A stretch of 64,000 bases of DNA from Tubiluchus corallicola (taxonomy: Eukaryota > Animalia > Priapulida). The notes below the pieces were generated by a model. It was not told the DNA's origin. It ran no database searches and saw nothing but the letters and a program-made list of their open reading frames with translations. Below are positions 1 through 12,645 of the stretch, one piece after another; within the stretch, counting starts at the first letter, position 1, and every line of letters begins with the position of its first letter. The position numbers and the translations under genes are program-made. The DNA lies in the NCBI GenBank assembly GCA_030141605.1, contig JAQGDQ010000073.1, forward strand, positions 434,001 to 498,000. Direction: 5' to 3'.

Positions 1-255
1 TTACGCCACTAGTTCTTCGCTGTTACATGTTTTTCGTCGTTCACTAGTTAGATGGGCACTAGCACCTACATCTATGAAACACGTTGCACAAAAAACAGGT
101 GCTATGCCTCTCAGTTCAGAGGTATTCGGTTGTGACGTAATTCACACGTTCAAGCACTCAGCGTGAGCACACCGGTAAACTTGAAATTTGAATTTTAAGT
201 TTAAAATTTGCAGAGTTTTTGCATATCACACTGAATCTTGTATATTGGCACTGTA
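1..255. mobile_element. Right end of a non-autonomous DNA transposon (TA-CAGTG terminus, Tc1/mariner-like); same family as 26919-28795
   Basis: 1-255 aligns by eye with 28541-28797 (ccactagttctt.gctgttacat ... gggcactagcacct ... cacactgaat ... gcactgta). Both end in gcactg|ta. The superfamily is inferred from the terminus only. Confidence 0.6.
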
Positions 256-527
256 GTTCCATTTTTGCTTTTGCAAATATATTGAACACCCGCGTGGAAT
301 ATTGTTCATTTGCGATGTCATTACCAGGTGGGCTCCCCGACAGTTAGTAAAGTTTTTAACCTATTATTTATTTATCAGAAACGACTTGGCATTATTATTA
401 TAGGTGTAAAAGTTTTACTTTTTACCGTACTTCAAAATGTATTAGGTTTGTCCGGTTATTAATAACGCGTAGCTGAAACCACTGTATTTAACTCTAACTG
501 CCATTTTTGGGCAAAATGTGATTGAGC

Positions 528-792
528 CGTCTACATAGTTGCCGTGGCAAATGTTGGTTAGCCCGACATGTCTACATTATTGCCGTGGCAAATGTTAACC
601 TGTTCTGTCTACATTATTGCCATGACAAACGTTGATTAACCTGACCTGTCTACATTATTGCCGTGGCAAATGTTGATTAACCTGATCTGTCTACATTATT
701 GCCGTGGCAAATGTTGATTGATCTGTCCTGTTTACATAGTAGTTGCCATGGCAAATGCTGTTTGACCTGACCTGTCTACATTGTTGCCGTGG
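528..792. repeat. Minisatellite, ~7 copies of a ~37-44 bp unit (gtctacattattgccgtggcaaatgttgattaacctgacct)
   Basis: Direct tandem copies are visible. Each holds the palindrome TTGCC(G/A)TGGCAA or a variant. Confidence 0.9.
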
Positions 793-1448
793 CTGCTCAG
801 TGCTTCTCGTTAAAGTATTATCAGTAGTATTAACTACCATTGTCAAAAGATACCCCCATACAGCAATTTTGTTACTTTTCCGCAAAAAAGGAAAACTTGA
901 TATTTTATTATTCCCCTCGTTTGCTCACTAAACGCGCCCTCCTGCGGCGCTAGACTCTGTTAATCCTGTCTGTGACATTTTTTGTCAATTAGAAATGTCC
1001 AGACCTTTAGTAACCCTTTCCCGGACAATTTCCCCATTGATCCTGTCGAGACTGTTGTGCTCTCCTCGGTTAGGAACATCTGTCGTCTAGTCTGGGGATA
1101 CCGTCTAGTCTGGGGCGTCCCTGAAATTTAGGATTAAATTCATATACATATTCTTTTAGAAGAAATTTTGGTATGAAGTTGTACAGATTTATTATGCTAG
1201 AGAATTATGTTTGCATTTTTTGCAACTACGCTGCAAAGTTTTGCAAGTAAAATAACCCCCCTCCTCCCGGTAGCGCCCCATTGCTGCTTTAAACCTTTTC
1301 TGACATGAATAAGATGCACACGTTTAGTGTTTGAACCCTATTTAGAATCCTACCAGCAATGTCAAGGTCATGTGTGCTGTTATGATCCTGCGTCTGCGTC
1401 TTGAAACAAAACATTTTGTATAATATATTAATGGCGTTTTAAAGATAT

Positions 1449-1454
1449 TTTATT
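1449..1454 (-). terminator. Candidate poly(A) signal of the CBM14 gene
   Basis: AATAAA on the minus strand, ~180 nt after the stop. Confidence 0.45.
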
Positions 1455-1630
1455 GTACTTCGCAGTTTCCAACAAAATTATGCATAATATGAATATTTTT
1501 CAATATGGAAGTTTCATATAAATATGGTAAAAAACTGATATTTAAGAGCTTAAATATAACATATTAGCTTCTAAATACATGTATAAGATATTAGCTTCTT
1601 TCCACTTGCATCTAAAGCTTTCTCTGTATG

Positions 1631-2141
1631 TCAGTAATAGTAGTCGTCGCAGAAACTGTATTCAGACGAGCACCCAGCCCTATACCGATTCAGACAAGTG
1701 TCGTGTACACAAGTTCTATGGCAATCGTAGAAAATCGTTCCGTAAGGACATTCAGCTCTAATCGTCGTGTAGCCGTATACGTTACCGTAACCATAGCCGC
1801 TTCGTGCAGTGTACATGCACATGTAGAAGGCACGACAATCGTCGGGGTCAGCAATCAACTGGTCGCCATAGTAACATTCGTCTTCCGAGCACTCGAAAGC
1901 TTTACAAACTTGCAAAGAAACTGGAATACAAAAGTTCATGGCAATTGGTATTCCTCAGATACGTATACATTATATAAAATTGGCTATTAAAACCTGCCAT
2001 TGCGCGCGAACTATAAATTTGAATTCCTTTATCAAGTAGTCATAAAACGTGTAAGTTAATTTGTAATTGTGGAGTGGTTAAAAAAATTAACTCACCCAGT
2101 ACCAGTGCGACGAGCAGTGAAATTGCCATTGTACATCCCAT
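1631..2141 (-). CDS. Small secreted Cys/Tyr-rich protein with one chitin-binding type-2 (CBM14/peritrophin-A-like) domain, 111 aa, 2 exons
   Basis: Exon 1 is 2141-2096 (ATG...CTG G|gtgag). Exon 2 is 1920-1631 (ttccag|TT TCT...TGA). Phases match and give the signal peptide MGCTMAISLLVALVLVSLQVCKA, then C..DPDDCRAFYMC..CPYGTIFYDCHRTC..C, the CBM14 pattern. Confidence 0.8.
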
Positions 2142-2202
2142 TTTGTATCTGGTCACAGCCTTGTTTGAACCTAACTGTAACAAAGCTCGTCTAACTGAAA
2201 TC

Positions 2203-2210
2203 TTTATATA
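2203..2210 (-). promoter_or_regulatory. TATA box of the CBM14 gene
   Basis: TATATAAA on the minus strand, ~60 nt upstream of the ATG at 2141. Confidence 0.5.
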
Positions 2211-5200
2211 GGTTCTGATTCCCATGCATGTGAGAGAATCTATTTGTTTAAGTAAAATGGCTTCCTGTAGGCCTACAGTACATGATACGTATGATACAGT
2301 TTTTAATTTTCACATTCGTTCATGGTATATTGGTTTGCAAATCTAAAAATAACTTAAAAATTTGCGAATATAATATAATGTTCAAACTTATTGTAAAATG
2401 TCACTAACTTTCATCTCTGTTACGTATCGTATAGTATAGCACTACTTATATACTACATAGTACGTATTTATTTTTTCTTACCGTCAGGTGTCCAACGTTT
2501 GAACTCCTCTTACAGTTCAGTTCTTGCATTGAAATGGTATGTGGGGGCGGCGGAACGTTTTAATATCAGCATTTAGCCATTTTTGACGTTCAGGTTAGCT
2601 GAAAAGTCACATATAGGCCTGTAAGACTATAATAATAGAACGGTGTAGATAGTTCAGCAGGTGCGTTAGGTGAGGAGATGTGTATATGTGAGGATAAAGC
2701 ACTATATGAGGAAATTGCGCTTTTAATTTGCTTGTCTTTTTATTACAAGCCCTGTTTTACGAGAAAACGAGTTGTTTACATTGTGGCGTTATTATTCCAT
2801 CGGTCGTTAAGCGTGCAAGCATAGAAAGCTTTGTCGCCATTAAACACGCTCTTATGTCTTCTGCATACGTACTCTAGCAAGTGTCTTGGGATACAATGTC
2901 CTGCAAAGCAGATACACGCTACTGATCCTGATTGTGCTGGTTTTGACTTAGATTGTCTGAGAGAAAAATTCCTCTGTGTATCTTGGTATAAAGTATTTTA
3001 GCATAAAGAAATTTGAATTGTTCCTTCGGAATTGCTTACTTATTTATCAGTGTCATATGGCAGTTACAGTAAAATATATAGATATATGCATTTTCATTAA
3101 TTAAACGTGATTGACATTACAAATTTTAACTATCCTTAAACACAATTAATAAAACTAATTTTCCAAGATCCTCAGTATTTACCTTAGTTATGTAAACGAA
3201 AAGTGGTCACTTTTGTTATTCGTTTTTTGTTTATTTATTCATTTGTTCATTCGTTTGCTCCTACAGCCGTTAGCCGATCTGTCTACAGTATGTGTCATAT
3301 ATTCATACTATTCATGAATCCAGTCATTCGCGCGTTCGTTTATTCTAGCATCTGTCCGTCCGTCTGCTTGCCTGTCAGTGAATTTTTCACCCACAACCGT
3401 CGTAGTTGTTTTTATCACTATTACTGGTAAAATAAATGCGCTGAGATATGTAACATTGACCTCTGATTCGCTAGCATTGCTTCATGTCAACAGTGTGCAC
3501 GTCGTCCTATAGACCACGTGCACGTAGTTCTTGGAACGTGGCTATTAATTTTTAATGGCGGCTGAAGCGCTAGGGCGACATTTCATAGTAACGAGTTTAC
3601 AACTATACAATTATACATATAATGGGTTTTCCATCATTCTGTTTGAGGGGATTATTGCACAGTTTGTAAGAGAAGTCTTATAAGCGGTTTTGCACGTGAG
3701 GTGGTGGGCCATTGGTAAAGGTTATAGTTCATAAGTGAAACACAGTCTTCAGCGGGAGTCAGAAACTGTTGTCAGTACTCCATAAATAATGCCATATAAT
3801 TTTTATTGCTGGTAAAAAGGGCAGGTCGTAACATTTCTTCGTATTTGTGAAAAGGCCTTACGATGGTCATCATCAATTGCAGTGAAAACACAGCCGTGAA
3901 GTTGATGGTGTCATTCATGCTAGCATTCCAAGCGATAACTGTATGCTAATATGTGTAAATATATAAATAATTTGAACAGTGCTGTCCAGTTTTGGGATTA
4001 AGCTGTCCAGTATGTACGGCGTGAAGATGAGAAATATTGGTTTTAGAGTTTAGGGGTTTACCAAATTGCTCACGAATGCCGGCCACACAAAAACACATAT
4101 ACTAAATTACTAACTTGTACCAGGCGTCACTCCCGAATGTTGAACAGACTAGTGCCAGGAATCAAGCCGGAATGTTGGACAGACACACACACATACACAC
4201 ACTCGTCTTTCGGCATCTCACCATCAAAATACTGAAAGCGTTTAGAACTCCTGACAGTTTAGTCCGTGTTCAATTTCCAACCTGAACCCGCCGAAGCCAA
4301 AGTACTACACAAATCACGTGCTACATCATGACTTGTAAAATAACTTGCGCAGTTTTATAATACAGAAATTCTCAGAAGTCATAAATGCGCGCAATATAGA
4401 GTGAGGTTAGGTTGTGGTTGCCCATTAGTTCCGTTCAACTTGCGCGTCTTGCATTAGCAGTGTCATTCCCGTATTTAGCTAGAAGAAATACGGGAATGAT
4501 AGCTATAGAATTTAGCTAGGTGAAACTTTTGCCTCAAAGAAGTTGTGCAAATTGTAGGCCTAGCCTTCAATTATATATAATATATGATTAACACTACTGA
4601 TTGGAAAGCAGAATTTCCATCATTCTTATTACATTAACAAAACCCCATACATTGGATTTAGCTTTTCTTTTAAATACTAGTGGAATCATCGTCATCATCA
4701 TCGTCGTCGTTGTCGTCATCATCATAGTTGTGGTCATCCGTATCGACTACAGTAACTTTCGAAGTTTCGAATAGCTCATCCATTTTAATTCGGGTCAAGT
4801 TCCTTCGACACCCCATCATGTGAAATAGCTTATGCAGGCGTAAACTAAAAGCATGCTTTATGGGAAAATTTTATTCGTTTCACATTTGTAGTACCCGGCG
4901 TTTTGTTATTGTTACCCAACGAAATGGACAACAGTAAAGTTTTCAGTTCTGTCCCCACTTTTAAACGGTCAACATAATATAGGAAGTTGACCTTTCATAA
5001 AGTGACAGGATCTGGGTGACAGAAGTATAACGTGAACCAATGTGCCTAAATAAAGTGACGTGAAAAAGACTAGTACGAAATGTGACTCACTAACGATATT
5101 AGATAAGTTGAGATAGCAACACATCAGTAACATATTCATTTATACCTGCACGATTTGACGGTGGCCATGTTTTCCTTCGAGTTCTGTATTTTTAATGTTA

Positions 5201-6629
5201 TTTTTCACAGTATCTCTCTATATTGGTGCTAAGATGATATGGATGAATTAATTATCTGACGTGTGTGAGGTCTTGTTTAACAAGTTTGGCTTTGTTTAGC
5301 AAATGGTCTAAAATGAGTAATTATCACGCGTAATGATCGTGCGCATGCAAACAGGCCATTGTAACAGTTTCTGAATGAAAATCAGCAACCTGGGCTTTGA
5401 TGCTCCAGCCTAAATAAATTCTTCGTAAAACACCCGAAGAGGTAGACTTTTTTCAAGCATCCAAATTTATGGATGCTAGAACGAACAACTCATAAAAATG
5501 CGGTTTTAATGGTTTTAGTGCAAAATTCAAAAGTTGACCCCATGCACCCCTTCCTCAACTTTCGCCTTCCATCTCTCTTCCACCTCATGTGTAACAAGCT
5601 TTTGTTTTTTGTTCTGTTGCAGTTCGTTTACGTAGCATCCGGATACGTATGCGTTTTGGGGGGAGGGGGTGCGCAATAGATAAAATCGGTTTGTATTATT
5701 TTCAATGCACCCGTTTATGGAGCCTACATATTCTTTTTCTGCAGCTATTCCTATTCATTTTTTCCGCAGGTGGAAACGCATACTCATCTGGATGCTACGT
5801 AAACGCCACTTAACAGTTCTTGGGCTTTTTTGCAAAAAAGTCAAATTGAAGAAATTGTATGGTGGTAAATTCTATAGAAGTGGAAAATGTAGTTCATAAA
5901 ATATTTTCGCTTTTTTAGTTGTACGCGTTTGTATTGTGATAATGATGTGTTATTTATTCAATTACCAATATCATATTAATCGTACAGTTTGCGGCATGTT
6001 TGAAGTTTGAATATTTGAAGTATTAGCACGAGGAAACCGGGTACCGTCGGGCGTTAACCCACATACTACTAAAATTTTTGTTGTGACGCCAGACACTAAA
6101 CAACGCTTGCGCACACATGATGCATTTATTGTACATGTATATAATAGTTCCTGTGTAATAAATAAGACGCATTGAGACGGAACAACATACAATATTAAAC
6201 AGACAAAACAAACTATTATATGTATACATGGCACATGTATGTAGACAGTAATTCTTATGCTTGGTTCGTTCTTCCAAGTTTTTAGTATAGGTTCATTCTA
6301 AAGAGAAGGATCATTTTTGCTACGTGGTTTTTTACCTGTCTAATAATGCTTTATCAATTAGATGCATTCGAATACTGTAAAGTATGCACTGTAAAACTTA
6401 TCTTTTGTTCCTCTGCTAGTGTTTACAACAGATTAGCGTACTGGGTATCACACAAATTTTAGCATACATAGGGGTTAAATAGCCTTTTCTGCTAATAAAG
6501 CAATTACATGCCCATATCTTATTTGTGATCTTCCTATCAGTATCACCTTGCAATCGTAGCAAGTGCGCTATGTTGAACTTTACTTCCCAATAGAATACTC
6601 GCTTTATATTATAATTTACAGTGTACTGT

Positions 6630-7137
6630 TTGGTCCACAAGAATCAGTGCTTCTTGTAAGGCAAATTTGGGTACAAGAGCTTGGTCCACAAGGATCAGTG
6701 CTTCTTGTAAGGCAAGCTTGGGTACAAAAACTTGGATCACACGGATCAGTGCTTCTTGTAAGGCAAACTTGGATACAAGAATTTGGTTCACAAGGATCAG
6801 TGCTTCTTGTAAGGCAAGCTTGGGTACAAGAACTTGGTTCACAAGGATTAGTGCTTCTTGTAAGGCAAACTTGGGAACAAGAACTTGGTTCACACGGATC
6901 AGTGCTTCTTGTAAGGCAAGCGGTACAAGAACTTGGTTCACAAGGGTTAGTGCTTCTTGTAAGGCTTGCTTGGGTACAAGAACTTGGTTCACACGGATCA
7001 GTGCTTCTTGTAAGGCTTGCTTGGGTACAAGAACTTGGTTCACAAGGATTAGTGCTTCTTGTAAGGCAAACTTGGGAACAAGAACTTGGCTCACACGGAT
7101 CAGTGCTTCTTGTAAGGCAAGCTTGGGTACAAGAACT
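6630..7137. repeat. Minisatellite, 10 x 51 bp (one copy 48 bp), open in 4 of 6 frames; coding status unresolved
   Basis: Unit ttggttcacaaggatcagtgcttcttgtaaggcaagcttgggtacaagaac. ORF track shows 17-aa periodicity (CTQACLTRSTDPCEPSS; VLVPKLALQEALIRVNQ). Confidence 0.95.
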
Positions 7138-8446
7138 GCTTTCCCCCAACCGTCCCTGTCAGTAGAGAGTAAACACTACAAATTTAATTCTCAAGGTGCC
7201 CGCATGTGTGCCTTATCATCTTTGCCTTGCTTCTAATTAGTTGATTCGCTTAACTAACATTTCCTATTTCACATTAAACAGCTTATCTCATCTCGACTAA
7301 ATTCATCATTATTGCGTGATATTATTTCAATTTACTGTCCAACTGTTCCAGGGTTTCCAACATGTGATGTAGGTGATGTGTGGTTAGAAACTGCTTATCT
7401 TATCTACTTGCTGAACAACTAATGCGTTAATTCATTTGGTAAAATTAGTTTAGGCTTCATAATGACCGTGTATCGAACTTGTATGGTCAGTAGCAGATTG
7501 CCTTATCCCACTGATATTTTATCAGCAAGGTCAGGCCGCTTTGGCCAGCGGGAGTATTGACCGAGTAATTATTAGCGTAAGACGACACCAGGTTTTTGCC
7601 CTTCTCAACGAGGGGTCTCCTCTGTCTTATCCAGCCACATGTTAGACTGGAGTGGTACGAGTTAATTAATCAATTTGGTTCTTCGTCTGCAAATGTAATA
7701 AAAGATCTTGTTTGTAAAGAATTGAATGTCAGAAACCAGTGTCGTAGTCAACGGAAGAAATGAAAATGTAGTTTGCTTTTCTTCTTCTTAAAGTACATGC
7801 ATGTGACTAGCAGCATCGGTGCATCGTGCATTGGGCACCGATAGTTGCAACTATAAGTATGAGAATAAAAATTATATTCCTGTTTATATAAGAATATGTA
7901 GTGGCTGTAAAAACCACCAAAGCTAATGCGTAATGTCAATATTTTCCTCCGGGCTTGACCACTGGGATTGTATTTGCTACTGGCCTGGAAAATGACCAAC
8001 ACATGTTTGACCTCTCTGGTCATTAGCCTTGTAGTTGTAATGCAATTATGCAATGCCAGGACATCGTGCGTCAACCTTTAACCAGTATCACCCAATATTT
8101 GTTTGCTTGTTAGGATTGTTACGTAGTAATTCATATTGTTATATAGTGTTCATCATTATGCAATAGACATGGCATATGCTAGTAGTAATCACTACTTACA
8201 TGTAGTCAGGGCACATATACGAATGGAAGCACTTGTCAAAGTTGTATTACTAAATTCTTCGCTTCAAAGTTAGGATCTCTAGGAGTACAAATGGAAAGCT
8301 CGCACACTAGTAATGGTCGTTTTTGTATTTAAAGGCCTATATAACCTAAACAGACATTGAAGTTTTTTTTTAACGCATTGTTATTATGATTATACAAAGA
8401 ATTCGTAGTTATTTTTACACAAAAGGTTATAAATTAAATAACTTAC

Positions 8447-8659
8447 ATTTTCTGGCGAATTTTGAATGCTTGCATTACCGTAAAGATCGCCATTTTTCGC
8501 GACTTCGGCGCAAATGACGTACGTAGTGCAGAAAGAGCCATTGGTTACCCATGTTTGTTTACCGATTTTTGGTGATTTCGTGACTGCACTTATTACGTCA
8601 TTCGTCTCGCGCTGCGAGAAATGGTGGTTCTTCAAACAACGAAGTGATAAAAATGAAAA
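8447..8659. promoter_or_regulatory. Candidate bidirectional promoter with divergent first exons
   Basis: CpG-enriched patch with YY1-like CGCCATTTT, TGACGT/ACGTCA, ATTGG and TCTCGCG. It is bounded by a minus-strand donor (gtaagt, 8446-8441) and a plus-strand donor (gtaaga, 8660). Confidence 0.4.
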
Positions 8660-11600
8660 GTAAGAAGTTTTACGGTTAGTTTATAATAAAATAAATTGGA
8701 ATATTTGTAATGAGAGTAGGACTTAGTTTATAGTAAGCGTTTAGTTTGATTTTAATTTAGGGATCAGTTGTGAATGTGATTGTCTGTGACATAGCATCAT
8801 CGGTGACAGTGAATCCTGTTATACCCAGCAGATTTTAATCCTGCTGTTGTTGGTGTCTCAAGCTTGCACACCCCCAAGGAATAGAGTCGCTTTCTTCTAC
8901 TCTGCCTTAATCTAGGCACATTTATCTTACAAGATAAAACTTTGATCTCTTAATGTGTATTTGATCCTATGATCGGCTAGCATAATGCTGTAATTACATG
9001 AGCGTAGAATTAGAATACGCCTCCCCCCGCGGTTTGTGACATTACTCATTATGAGACGCTACACATAATACATGCAGCTGCTTTGGACTGGCACGGTCTG
9101 TGAAACCGCAAAAATACTATATTATAGCATTATTAAAGTCAGTAATCTCTCTTGTCGTATTAAAAGCACCATCTCAAGAGATTGTCGGAAACGAAATGGG
9201 ATTGTTTTATTATTCTTGCCGAAATGTGTAGCTTTTTATCAAAGGGAATCCCCGATGATCGATTAGATGCACCTGGAAAAAACCTTAAATTTAATTAGTG
9301 CGTTGCACACTTTGTTTCTAGTAATAATAAAACCTACAAGACACAGATTAAAAAGTCATTGCGCTCAAAGAAACATGACGAAAATGCAATGTTGGTTTAA
9401 TGTCACGTTAACTGTAAATAAATTCGACTTTTAACTCTATTTCACTTTAACATAGTCAAAATATCTTATCCGGTGTACACATAAACTAGGTGGAAAAATA
9501 GATGTGATGGCTACTTTCCGAAGATAATTTTTTTCAGAAATGCTTTTGTGCTCTAGGACTGGTAAAGCTAGTTTATAGTCATTCACGAACTATTTTACGG
9601 TTGCTAATTACAGAAAAAGAATCAGCGGCCTGTAACGTGAGTCTTATCTAACGTCAATGATACAGAATAGCGCTTACATGGCTTTGTAATATACGTCCTA
9701 TTCTATATAGTCAGTAATAACACTACTGTACGTAAAAATATATGTAAAAAGAAACAACTCATTCATGATCGGAAATGGAGTTTCTGATAAGGATATTCGT
9801 ACGTTGGATTTAGTGCGTTTTATCCTCTGGCTTCTAGATAGTGTCATCGTTTACTTACGTTACATCTTATTTGTTTTGCCTACTAAAACTAGCCCAATAA
9901 AACAATTTAATGTAGGCCTCTGTGTAATACAAGCTGCAACTAGAAATGGGGAAACGAGGTGTATGTGGGAATCCCTTGGGAAGATATGAGAAATTGAGAT
10001 ATACGCACGTATACTGAATAATAGGAATTATAAATCGGTGATTTAAAAATGGTTGTATACATTGTAAAACATTTTCTGTGACTTTAAGCGGAAACGTTCA
10101 AAATGCTATTACATAATTTGATTAAAAATTTTATTTGGAATGGTGTCTGTTTCATTTGGAAATATAATCTACTGTGGATGTATAGGCACGGTTTTACCCG
10201 TGAATTTGATGAGCGGATTTGGGGAAAACCAAAAAAGGAAGGGCAACGTAAAGTCGAAAATTCCTAAAAACACACTACGTGACAGAATCACTTGCTATGA
10301 TTCAGCAGCAGTAAGAGTTGAATGAAGTTTTTTTGCGTGAGAACGTTTATGCGTTCAGTATAACACAGTATACCATGCCACCCTGTGAGAATATTAGTAA
10401 GTTCAATATAACACGGTAAACCACAACTTGGGAACTCTATCTAGTATAAACCGACGCGACGGGTTATAAATATTATTCTTAACGTCTTCTCGGAATGATG
10501 TATTAATAACATTTATGATTTTTCGTGTGTAAGCTTTACGTAAACGGTATGCGAGTTATGTAAACATTTGTAATTGGGATCTTGAGAAAAGTGATAGGAT
10601 CATTCCCGACCCGGCAACAAATTACAAACTTTGTAATTCATGTAGTATAATTACTGTAATAAATGTAGTAAGTGTAATGATAAACCGTAATGTAAGTGTA
10701 ATAATAATATATGAACACCTTTTTCAACGCCGGATTGACAAGCATGATTTGCGCGATGTCATATAAACATTTAATTATGATTATTGAACCAGTCAGTCAT
10801 TAGCGCGAATAAAAATATTCTGGTATCACGAAGGAAAAACTGTTCTGGTCCTGTTTTAATGTGTTATGTTTATTTTCTTTTATTGCGGATATACTTGTGC
10901 ATTGCGCATTTTGTCTCTGGAGTTAATTACATAATGCCTACTTGCAAGTCGTAATACTAACGGATTATATTACGCAGTGTTGTCGTATAGTATAACACCA
11001 TAGGAGCCAGACGGACCATAAAAACTGGAACAATTCAAATTCTGTCTGGTGAGCCCGTCTGTGTCAGGCCACGGATCGATATGTCTGGCTTATATTTTGA
11101 TTTTTTCATTCGATAGCGACGTGTTTAGGCGAACCAAGATTGGGTGACATTACGTCTGATAACGTGTTCCTAACTTTTTGAATTCAATTTGTTAACTGTC
11201 TAGTAATTGGTTTCAGTAATTGTTGTCCTTAGTTTGTAAACACCTGTGTGATGATGAAGTTGGTCTAGTTGAATGGTTCATTCTATCACCTGCCACTCTT
11301 CTCATTACTGGGACTGCCACTGATGAGTCACTGATTTTCCCTAATATGTGTTGTTATCTGGAAAGTGTGATTAAGCCCTTAAATGTTTGAATGCTCGTCT
11401 GATCTGGGTTTATTTAACCGAAGCGTCTGGGATACCCTTACCCGGGGGCGCTTCCAATCTCCCGGACGTCGTAAACCCCAGGCAGGCAGGCTAACTTCTG
11501 TTGCGGTACCACAATGATTGTTTTTGTGCTTGAGGGCACTGCGGTCCATACTTAGTTAAGGATAATTTCATTACCACAAAATATTTTGTTCATAAAACAG

Positions 11601-12417
11601 AATTATAATCAATAATGTACAAATACCATACACTGTGTTTGTCTACAGTTCATTGATCCCTTATTTTGACATTGATAATACAGATTGGCAGATATAAAGT
11701 ATTTACTGAAGCCATTATTTTATAATAACTCTTTATTAACTTTTTACTGTAGTTATTTCGCGAGTCTGTTACAATTTGTATGCGTATAGTTTTCTGTTTG
11801 CCTGTTCTTGTTTCTTTTATGTGTTTTCCTATAAAAAAAATCTGACTAACATGTAGAATTGTTGGGCTTTGGCAGAGGCCTGCTTCCCACTGAGTGCATT
11901 TTAATTTTACATATATGCAATTTTTTTCCTACGTTTCATTTTTGTGCTTCTTAGGTGCCTATTCTATTGTGCTATTTTTGCATGTACCATTTTTACATAC
12001 ATTCCATAAGACCTTATGGTGTCTTATCATTTTTATTGAGGCAGCTACTAAAACTACCAAGAAATTATTAATGAATTTCTTGGGTGATAGTTTTGGTTTC
12101 TTGTCCCAATTTTTAAATTCTAATAAGTTACTGTATCCAACACCGCTTAGTCAAATGCACTGGCTTGTGTACTAGTCTGCTCCGTGCCGTAGGTTATTTT
12201 TTATCACCCCACAACAGTTGAAGGCGTTGTCGCGACATCTGTTGGTTGGCGGTTCAAGTATGTTGACTGGATTGTTAGTGTTAACAGATGTTGTAAACCG
12301 AAGTGCTGTTATTAGTATTTTTGACTCTAATTAGTATGTTTGCCTAAATAGGACTTGAAATGTATTTGTTTTTGTGTGTGTAAAAATGCTGGTCTATTTT
12401 GAAATTTTTAACTTCAG

Positions 12418-12645
12418 ATTGTTTGAACTTATTTTTCTACAAAGATGGACGGGAGCAAAGTCGGATTGAGCCAGAAAAGTCTTCATTGGCTCTAGATGGA
12501 TTCCTGGGAATAGAGGCTGGCTTTCCATATGACAAAGAACATTATGTGCTAGCAGTACTCTGCAAGCATCCAGTACTTCTCGGCTTCGAATGTCGGGAAA
12601 AAATGCTCCTCTGGGAAGTAAAAATGAGAGAGAATCTGGCTGAAG
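12418..12645 (+). CDS. DOK7: DOK7-like exon, PH domain
   Basis: ttcag|AT TGT...GAA G|gtgag; 228 nt, phase 1-1. Confidence 0.88.

Noticed and set aside
1628-1990. 120-aa plus-strand ORF
   Set aside because: Antisense shadow of the CBM14 exon.
5770-5816. WKRILIWMLRK as DOK7 exon 2
   Set aside because: The acceptor gives phase 2, no phase-1 GT donor follows, and the motif match is weak.
528-7137. The 41-bp and 51-bp arrays as CRISPR arrays
   Set aside because: Units are contiguous with no unique spacers, there are no cas genes, and the context is eukaryotic.
8100-8165. C/D snoRNA on the minus strand (ATGATGA...CTAA)
   Set aside because: The D box is non-canonical and I recognise no rRNA guide complementarity.
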